Notes under the pieces: model-generated | The model's database searches: none | The model's input: the letters and a program-made list of their open reading frames with translations, nothing else | What the model was told of the DNA's origin: nothing | Source: Candidatus Heimdallarchaeota archaeon B3_Heim | Lineage (GTDB): Archaea > Asgardarchaeota > Heimdallarchaeia > Hodarchaeales > Hodarchaeaceae | DNA: 12,945 nt | Assembly: GCA_003144275.1 (NCBI GenBank) | Contig: NJBF01000067.1 | Span: forward strand, 1-12,945 | Direction: 5' to 3' | Part shown: piece after piece, positions 7,087-12,945 of the stretch | Layout of the letters: every line of letters begins with the position of its first letter | Position numbering within the stretch: position 1 is the stretch's first letter | Position numbers and translations under genes: made by a program

Positions 7087-7332
7087 TTGATAGGCTATGG
7101 AATTGATATGAAAAACGTGCTTAGAAATATTTTTAAAGAACATTTGAGTCAAAATAACATTAATGATACTTCGAATTTTTTTGACCTTGGGGGAGATTCA
7201 CTCTCAGCAGTCTTATTATTAATAAAAGTAGAAAAAGAAACTGGCATTAAAATACAAAATGAGCAGTTTTACGCAGAACCTACGATAAACGGCCTTACAG
7301 AAATATGTGAAAAAAAGAACGAAAATAAATAA
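7087..7332 (+). CDS. Stand-alone phosphopantetheine carrier protein (PCP/ACP); likely start ATG 7108
   Basis: NFFDLGGDSL (Ser codon 7198-7200) and FYAEPTINGL match the NRPS T-domain pattern FFxLGGxSL...FxxPTIxxL. Confidence 0.9.
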   Translation: MIGYGIDMKNVLRNIFKEHLSQNNINDTSNFFDLGGDSLSAVLLLIKVEKETGIKIQNEQFYAEPTINGLTEICEKKNENK

Positions 7333-7374
7333 AAATCCCCTAGGAATAATTACAAATGAATATATCAAACCTTT

Positions 7375-7398
7375 ATAGATTACGTAGCTATAATCTAT
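7375..7398. promoter_or_regulatory. Dyad ATAGATTA-N8-TAATCTAT, candidate operator upstream of the efflux genes
   Basis: Perfect 8-bp inverted repeat (7375-7382 and 7391-7398) in the 176-bp intergenic gap. Confidence 0.3.
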
Positions 7399-7508
7399 TA
7401 TGCCCACTTATATATACTTACATGGACAGTTCTTATGAAAGTAATTTTTTTAGAACAAATTTTTTACATCATTACGAAAACGCTGTTTCCTACTGGTAAT
7501 TTCTAAAA

Positions 7509-8534
7509 ATGAAATTTACTGCTACCAGAGTTTTTACTATATCTTCGATTCTTATAGCGGCTTTGGTATTTTTTTTGGCAGAACTTCCCAAAGAGCTTGA
7601 TTTATTTGAAAGGGTTGGGACTGATAATGCTTATGTCCATGGTCATCTCTTTCACATTGGCAGCCCAATTTCAGGAATTGTCGAAAAAGTATACGTTAGT
7701 GAATTTGATTCTATCAAAGAAGGTCAGTTACTAGTAAAACTATCTGATAAGGAGCTGATAGCTAGTTTGGAAAGAACAGTTTTGGAACTAGATGTGAATA
7801 ATCAAGCAATAATTTCTTTAGATTCTGATGAAGCTCTTCAAAAGAAGATACTTGAGCAAGCTCAATCAAACCTTAAAGGTCTAAAAGAGCTGTCCGAGAT
7901 AGTAAACAGGGAAAGAAGAAGGTCAGAAGAGTTATTTAAAAGTAACGCACTTGGACAGTCGGACTTTGATGCTGCCACATTTAGAGCCAAAGAGTTGGAA
8001 AATGAGATAAAAGATGTTAGCGCACAGATTGATATAGAGTCAGCAAAGCTACAGGTTATTTATAGCAGAAAAGCCATGTTAGTCGCAGAGGGGGAAGTTC
8101 TCAGGAAAAATATTGAAGTAAAAAAGTACAACATCAATAAACTTAACATAGTAGCACCATATGAAGGAACCATTGGTAGATTACATGTTCATAGTGGTTC
8201 TTGGGTTTCAGAGGGTGACAATGTTCTATCAATTGCTGACAGTTCTGCACTTTGGGTTGAAGCTAACTTTAAAGAGTCTCAATTATTAGAAATTTCAATT
8301 GGAGACGAAGTATACATTTATGTTGACGCTATCCCTGATAGGAAGCTCTTTGGTTCAGTAAAACAAATTTCTCCAGCAACAGCTTCAGAATTTAGTTTCC
8401 TGCCCTTGAGAAAAAACTCTGGGACTTTTACCAAAACTATACAGAGAGTGCCTGTCAAAATCTCAATTGATGAAGATAACTGGAAATCAAGACTTAGAAT
8501 AGGCATGTCAGTAGAAGTGGAACTTAACAGGTGA
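7509..8534 (+). CDS. HlyD/EmrA-family membrane fusion (periplasmic adaptor) protein
   Basis: N-terminal membrane anchor, TDNAYV, lipoyl-like motif ISGIVEKVYV...GQLLVKL, coiled coil, IVAPYEG, LWVEANFKESQL and FTKTIQRVPVKI. Confidence 0.92.
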   Translation: MKFTATRVFTISSILIAALVFFLAELPKELDLFERVGTDNAYVHGHLFHIGSPISGIVEKVYVSEFDSIKEGQLLVKLSDKELIASLERTVLELDVNNQAIISLDSDEALQKKILEQAQSNLKGLKELSEIVNRERRRSEELFKSNALGQSDFDAATFRAKELENEIKDVSAQIDIESAKLQVIYSRKAMLVAEGEVLRKNIEVKKYNINKLNIVAPYEGTIGRLHVHSGSWVSEGDNVLSIADSSALWVEANFKESQLLEISIGDEVYIYVDAIPDRKLFGSVKQISPATASEFSFLPLRKNSGTFTKTIQRVPVKISIDEDNWKSRLRIGMSVEVELNR

Positions 8535-10111
8535 CTTCGCATAATTCGAGTGACAATGAACCAATCATTACTTCGCTCAGACGTACGATTGGTTTTTTTT
8601 TCATCTTGTTAGGGATGTTTGCTGCATTTTTTGATACTTATGTTACTCTCTCCATCTTCCCTCAAATTAGCGCTTCTCTTGGGGCATCTATCGAAGAAGG
8701 AAGTCGAGTCCAGTCATCATACTTGATTGCTGAAGTACTAATGATTGGACTGAGCGGCTATCTGGTTAAAAGAATGTCTCTAGCTTTCGTATTCTCCGTA
8801 TCATCGATTTTATTTTCTGTAACAAGCTATTTATGCGCTCTAGCAACCAGCATTGATCAACTAACCGTGTGTAGGTTTATACAAGGCCTCGCGGGCGGCG
8901 CTATGATCCCAACAGCATTTTCTGCAATTTATATTCTTTACAACGCAGACAAACATGCATTAGTTGGTGCGATTGCTGGCGCAATAGGAACACTAGCCCC
9001 TACACTCGCTCCTTCATTCGGTGCATATGCCGCAGAAGTATATGACTGGCGAATCATCTTCTATATAAATATATTCCCTTTGATAATAGGTGGTTTCGTT
9101 GTCTATTTAGCTTTCAAATCCGAAACCAATAAGAATCGTCCAAAATCAGAGGAAACGTTCGACTACCAAAGTTTCTTGTTTCTAATAGCGTTTGTTTTTT
9201 TAATACACTATGTCATCGATAATGGGTTGGAAAAGGGTTGGCTCGAATCTCGGGGAATATTTATATCGATAATTTTTCTATTTTTCTTATGTGTTTCCTA
9301 CCTTAATTTTTTCAGCAGAATAAATAACCCTTTAATTGAATGGCGTGTTTTTAAGAGTCAATACTTCATGTTCGGTACGGTTGTGATTTTCTTTTTCAAC
9401 TTAATTCACATAACAACATCTTTTGTGATATCAAGCTATTTTGCTGATATTGCGGGTATGGGGTCGGAATATATTGGCAAAGTTTTGCTTATTGTAGGCG
9501 TGTTTCAAATTCTATGTTCACCGATAGCTCCCTATCTTGCAAGCAAGATAGGCTATGAGACAACGTTAATAACAGGTTTAGTAGTACTTTTTCTATCTAT
9601 TGCTATTGATATAAATATTACTGACGAGTGGACGATCAACGATTTTTTCTTTTCGCAAGCCCTTAGGGGCTGTGTTTTTATGATTATTGCAGTTTCAGCC
9701 CAAAATCTTGCTATGAGTATGCTTCCACGCGATTTGATTAGCGACGGGAGTACAGTAATGAATATGTTTAGGGCTTTAAGCGCAGGCATCGGCATCGCTG
9801 CTATTACTTCTTCGTTGTTGTATTGGAAAGATAAATATTATTCGGATACTACTATTTTCTTAGATTCTCAAAAAACAAATAACGCTTATCAATTCATCAA
9901 CAATTCTATAATTCGCTCCGAAAATCATATAACACCCATCGAAATAGAAAGATATATAGCATATCGGGTAGAAATAGATTCGTCAGTTTTGGCATATTCA
10001 AATACATTTTTTGGTTTAGCAGCCCTAACATTTTTATTATGCCTTTTTTCTGCGCTTTTCTTGATTTTCGTTAAAACGAAAAGTTTAAAGTCTGGCAAGG
10101 TACTTATCTAA
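8531..10111 (+). CDS. EmrB/QacA-subfamily (DHA2) MFS efflux transporter
   Basis: 526-aa polytopic hydrophobic protein with SYLIAEV, CRFIQGLAGGAMIP, PTLAPSFG and WRIIFYINI. GTG start overlaps the HlyD stop (GTGA). Confidence 0.92.
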   Translation: MTSHNSSDNEPIITSLRRTIGFFFILLGMFAAFFDTYVTLSIFPQISASLGASIEEGSRVQSSYLIAEVLMIGLSGYLVKRMSLAFVFSVSSILFSVTSYLCALATSIDQLTVCRFIQGLAGGAMIPTAFSAIYILYNADKHALVGAIAGAIGTLAPTLAPSFGAYAAEVYDWRIIFYINIFPLIIGGFVVYLAFKSETNKNRPKSEETFDYQSFLFLIAFVFLIHYVIDNGLEKGWLESRGIFISIIFLFFLCVSYLNFFSRINNPLIEWRVFKSQYFMFGTVVIFFFNLIHITTSFVISSYFADIAGMGSEYIGKVLLIVGVFQILCSPIAPYLASKIGYETTLITGLVVLFLSIAIDINITDEWTINDFFFSQALRGCVFMIIAVSAQNLAMSMLPRDLISDGSTVMNMFRALSAGIGIAAITSSLLYWKDKYYSDTTIFLDSQKTNNAYQFINNSIIRSENHITPIEIERYIAYRVEIDSSVLAYSNTFFGLAALTFLLCLFSALFLIFVKTKSLKSGKVLI

Positions 10112-10157
10112 CGTCTAAATTTACAGGTTTTATTTAGGGCTTTGAAGGATCAATAAA

Positions 10158-10583
10158 TTGAAATATTCTTCCAATTGTTCATGTGTCTGTGTGAAATTAG
10201 AACTCCAATTACCTCAAGTAATTGCATCTTACAACCCACGAGAGTGCGATTGTAGTTTTTGTAAGAAACGTAGTTTAAGATATCTTTCAGACAAATCAGG
10301 AAAGCTTGTCATTAGGACTGGCTTACAACTCTGTCAATCCAAGCAAGGATCCAAGCAGGCAAATTTTATCAGTTGTTCAAATTGTGGTGATGTGGTTGCT
10401 GTTACTTTCTCCTCACTTGAAGGATTGAAAGGGGCGGTCGTAGCAAATTTATTTGAAGAAAAATTCAAAATAGGTAAACCTATAAGTGTTTCACCTAAAC
10501 TGTTGACTCCAGAAGAAAAACGCATAAGGTGGACGTCGCTATGGCTAACAGTTGATATCCATGAGGATCAAGTTTTTGTTTGA
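10158..10583 (+). CDS. GFA/CENP-V (Mss4-like, aldehyde-activating) Zn-binding protein
   Basis: Cys pattern CSC...CDCSFC...CSNCG in 141 aa. TTG start 46 bp after the MFS stop. Confidence 0.8.
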   Translation: MKYSSNCSCVCVKLELQLPQVIASYNPRECDCSFCKKRSLRYLSDKSGKLVIRTGLQLCQSKQGSKQANFISCSNCGDVVAVTFSSLEGLKGAVVANLFEEKFKIGKPISVSPKLLTPEEKRIRWTSLWLTVDIHEDQVFV

Positions 10584-10621
10584 TGATACTAAGCCTACAA
10601 AAAGTGTTCTGCGCAACTAAA

Positions 10622-11455
10622 TCAGGACACTTTTCTTAAGGAACTTTGTTCATACTCTACTGGCGACAGATCACCATTAGCTGTATAAAGTCGTTCTAAG
10701 TTGTAATAGCGCATATACACTGTTACATCGTTTCTCATATGCTCACGAGTTGGCTGTGGCACTTTCAGCAACCAATCATGTTTTAAACTGCCGAAGAATC
10801 TTTCAACAACAGCGTTATCCCAACAGGATCCAACATCGCCCATGCTAGCTCTCATACCATAGTTAGCTAACAGTTTACGATAATGTTTGCTGGTATATTG
10901 TGACTCTCTGTCAGAGTGAAACACTAAGCCTTTTGGAGGCTGACGTAAGTTATAAGCTTTAATCATTGCCTTGCTAACCAAATCAGTCGTCATCCGCTTA
11001 TCAATATGCCAGCCGACGATACGGCGAGAGTATAAGTCCATCACAATGGCTAGATACATCCAGCCTTCGCCAGTTCTCAAGTACGTCACATCACCAGCCC
11101 ACACCTGATTGGGCGTAACAGGGTTAAAGTTCTGATTCAGCAGATTATCTGCAACAGCATCATTGTGTTTACGTTTGGTTGTCACCTTGTAAGCCACTCG
11201 TTGAGTCACTTCTAGACCAAGTATTGCCATTAATTTCTGAACGCCATAATCACTGACGCTAAAGCCCTCACTGAGTAACTTCTTTCTAAGCTCACGATAA
11301 CCTAAGCTATTTCGGCTTCTCTTAAATATAGCCTTGGCTCTTCGATACAAATTAAGCTGCTCAGCGGTGATGATTTTAGCTGGCCGTTTAAGCCAAGCGT
11401 AATAAGCACTGCGACTTACGTTCATAATTTTGCAGAGCTTAACTACGGGAAACAC
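10622..11455 (-). CDS. IS3-family transposase OrfB (DDE domain)
   Basis: PNQVWAGDVTY, YLAIVMDLYSRRIVGW, FHSDRESQY and WDNAVVERFFGSLK; all three D-D-E residues are present. Confidence 0.93.
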   Translation of the reverse strand: MFPVVKLCKIMNVSRSAYYAWLKRPAKIITAEQLNLYRRAKAIFKRSRNSLGYRELRKKLLSEGFSVSDYGVQKLMAILGLEVTQRVAYKVTTKRKHNDAVADNLLNQNFNPVTPNQVWAGDVTYLRTGEGWMYLAIVMDLYSRRIVGWHIDKRMTTDLVSKAMIKAYNLRQPPKGLVFHSDRESQYTSKHYRKLLANYGMRASMGDVGSCWDNAVVERFFGSLKHDWLLKVPQPTREHMRNDVTVYMRYYNLERLYTANGDLSPVEYEQSSLRKVS

Positions 11456-11484
11456 CGAAGATAACTGCTTAATCGTTTTAAACG

Positions 11485-11784
11485 TTACTTGGTTTCCTTT
11501 AGCAGGAGGGCGCTGGCCTTTTTTAAGACTTCTTTTTCCATCCTTAGCTCTTTATTTTCCTTGCGTAGCCTTAACAGCTCAGCTCGCTCATCTGAATTTG
11601 AACTGGCACCAGATTGCTCTGCTTCAACTTTAGCTTTCCAGTTATAAAGTAATTTATCTGTGATACCTAAAGACGCTGCTGCCTTTGGTACGCTATAGCC
11701 TTGCTCTGTTACTAATGCCACAGCTTCTTGTTTAAATTCTGCTGTGTAACTTCTGTTTGTTCGTTTTGTCATTTCACACCTCAA
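11485..11784 (-). CDS. IS3-family transposase OrfA (HTH)
   Basis: RSYTAEFKQEAVALV...AAASLGITDKLLYNW...ELLRLRKENKELRMEKEVLKKAS. The ATG of MTKR (11770-11772) may be the real start. Confidence 0.92.
   Translation of the reverse strand: MRCEMTKRTNRSYTAEFKQEAVALVTEQGYSVPKAAASLGITDKLLYNWKAKVEAEQSGASSNSDERAELLRLRKENKELRMEKEVLKKASALLLKETK
11518..11524 (-). promoter_or_regulatory. A AAA AAG programmed -1 ribosomal frameshift site of the IS3 element
   Basis: The minus strand reads TTA AAA AAG GCC in the orfA frame. The -1 frame (KKGQRPPAKGNQVTFKTIKQLSSVFP) is open into orfB. Confidence 0.8.
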
Positions 11785-12095
11785 TAATTGGATTATATTC
11801 CATTATTAAAGTGTCCTATTTAATTAAAGCAATTCAAAATACGCTTAAAAGATAACCGTCAATTTCCCTTGGTAATTAAGGACTACGACAAAATCGCGTG
11901 GTGTTAACAGCGGAAAAGAATTTAACTCAAATCTAATTTGTCGCTGAGACCGAAAAACTGGGTAACTGTCAGATCAAGTATGAGCTAATACATCTTAGGT
12001 TTTGGCATTAGCATTTTAGTGCTTATTTCCGCGATATTTACTTCTTTCGTTGATGATAATTTCATTTCCGAGGGCTTTAGGCTTGGCGATAGGCT

Positions 12096-12573
12096 TTGGA
12101 GAGACAACATGAGGCTAAGAAGTGTAAGATGCCGGACATAACAGTTACTTATTTAGAGCTGGGGCTGGAACAAAAGTGGAGTCCAGAACAAATAGCTGGC
12201 GTGGGTAAAATCGTCGGTCAGTTGGTAAGCCATGATTGGATTTATTGCTATTTACAACGCGATAAACTAACAGGTGGCAGACTTTATAAAAGGTTGCGTC
12301 ACGGTCGGCGTTAATACAGTAAAAGCAGTCGCGGGAAGCGTGTGATTAGTTCAAATCGCGTTGGCGAAGCGTGTCGCCCCGCTATCGTGAACAAGAAGAA
12401 ACGGTTCAGCAATTAGTAAGCCGATACAGTTTTAGGTAAGCAAGGAACATGCGCGATTGTCAGCCTTGTCGAGGGAAAAAGTAAACTATATCTGGTAAGG
12501 AAAAGTGTCAGCGAAAAGCGCGGCTGATGCCGCCAAGGCTATGGTTAGTATGCTGTGGAAATACCGGAGCCAC
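12096..12573 (+). pseudogene. Decayed, truncated IS30-family transposase fragment
   Basis: KWSPEQIAG...VSHDWIY...LYKRLRH, then stop 12312-12314, NRVG..RPAIVNKKKRF, SN**ADTVLGKQG (stops at 12414-12419 where GDWExDT is expected), a frameshift near 12500, and SAAD.AKAMVSMLWKY. Homology ends before the DNG motif. Confidence 0.85.
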
Positions 12574-12737
12574 TCTTCCACCTTTCTCGCTTGACGGCCT
12601 CGATTTAGATTTTGTGAGATGCTTCTATTTGTTGATGTATTGATAATGCCTCTGCTAAATCTAAGGCCGAGTTCTTTTTTGTTTAATTGATTACTTTTTT
12701 GATTGAACAGAGATTTAGTTGTCTGGCAAATAAATAA

Positions 12738-12780
12738 TATGGGTACTCAACGCTCAATGACAATACCTTAAGTACCCATA
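12738..12780 (-). terminator. Inverted repeat just downstream of the phoH stop; possible terminator
   Basis: TATGGGTACTCAA (12738-12750) pairs with TTAAGTACCCATA (12768-12780) at 12 of 13 positions, with a 17-nt loop, 12 bp after the phoH stop. Confidence 0.4.
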
Positions 12781-12792
12781 CCTAATCCTTGT

Positions 12793-12945
12793 TTACAAAT
12801 TTTGCTCTGTAAACTGAGCCAGCGAGCTTCGCTCTACCTCGTCAAATATCAGGACACTCCCCTTATCATAATTACGATATACGTTAACTGCCGCTGTAGC
12901 TCCACTAGACGCGGGAGTTACAAACTTGTCGTCAATCTGAGCTAA
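12793..12945 (-). pseudogene. phoH: 3' end of the PhoH-like fragment
   Basis: Reads ...DKGSVLIFDEVERSSLAQFTEQNL* with TAA at 12793-12795, in frame with 128-391 when the ends are joined through the 127-bp overlap. Confidence 0.85.
12819..12945. repeat. Terminal direct repeat, right copy (identical to 1-127)
   Basis: Exact match to bases 1-127. Confidence 0.95.

Larger units (their letters stand above)
10605..11836 (-). mobile_element. IS3-family insertion sequence (1232 bp)
   Basis: Imperfect terminal IRs starting with TG: TGAATTGCTTTAATTAAATAGGACACTTT (from 11836, minus strand) and TGTTCTGCGCAACTAAATCAGGACACTTT (from 10605, plus strand). Contains orfA, orfB and an A6G frameshift site. Confidence 0.9.

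Noticed and set aside
7219-10525. Antisense ORFs at 7219-7407, 8318-8542, 9553-9795 and 10334-10525
   Set aside because: They overlap confident plus-strand genes, are low-complexity or motif-free, and lack supporting signals.
11430-11633. Plus-strand 67-aa ORF inside the IS3 element
   Set aside because: It is antisense to orfA/orfB and shows no recognisable family features.
12597-12668. Imperfect inverted repeat (GGCCTCGATTTAG ... CTAAATCTAAGGCC) read as a riboswitch or MITE
   Set aside because: The pairing is irregular, and I see no riboswitch consensus or target duplication.
1-12945. Plasmid or phage interpretation of the circle
   Set aside because: No replication initiator, iterons, partition, relaxase, integrase or virion genes are recognisable.
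1-12945. CRISPR array, tRNA or rRNA genes
   Set aside because: No regularly spaced repeats or structural RNA signatures were seen.

Overview
The window holds one co-directional, AT-rich, apparently horizontally acquired biosynthetic gene cluster (620-10583, + strand). Gene order: an unannotated 16-aa Lys/Arg-rich peptide ORF followed by a hairpin; two tandem paralogous M29/CgnB-CgnE-like metallo-aminopeptidase-fold proteins; a class-V PLP enzyme without the desulfurase Cys loop; a truncated, editing-dead ValRS paralog that keeps HLGH and KMSKS; a KAS-III/FabH-fold protein with a remodelled active site (Ser/His/Asp-like); a stand-alone PCP-type carrier protein; an EmrA/EmrB-type efflux pair; and a GFA/CENP-V protein. 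No A, C or KS module and no PPTase is present. The best reading, which is inference, is a peptide-templated, aaRS-paralog/carrier-protein pathway that I cannot match to a characterised cluster. The rest of the window is an IS3-family element (10605-11836), a decayed IS30-family transposase and a 5'-truncated phoH-like gene. The first and last 127 bp are identical and the phoH frame reads through the join, so the sequence is most likely a 12,818-bp circular or looped assembly unit with no recognisable replicon. Family assignments come from motif recognition by eye; no database searches were run.
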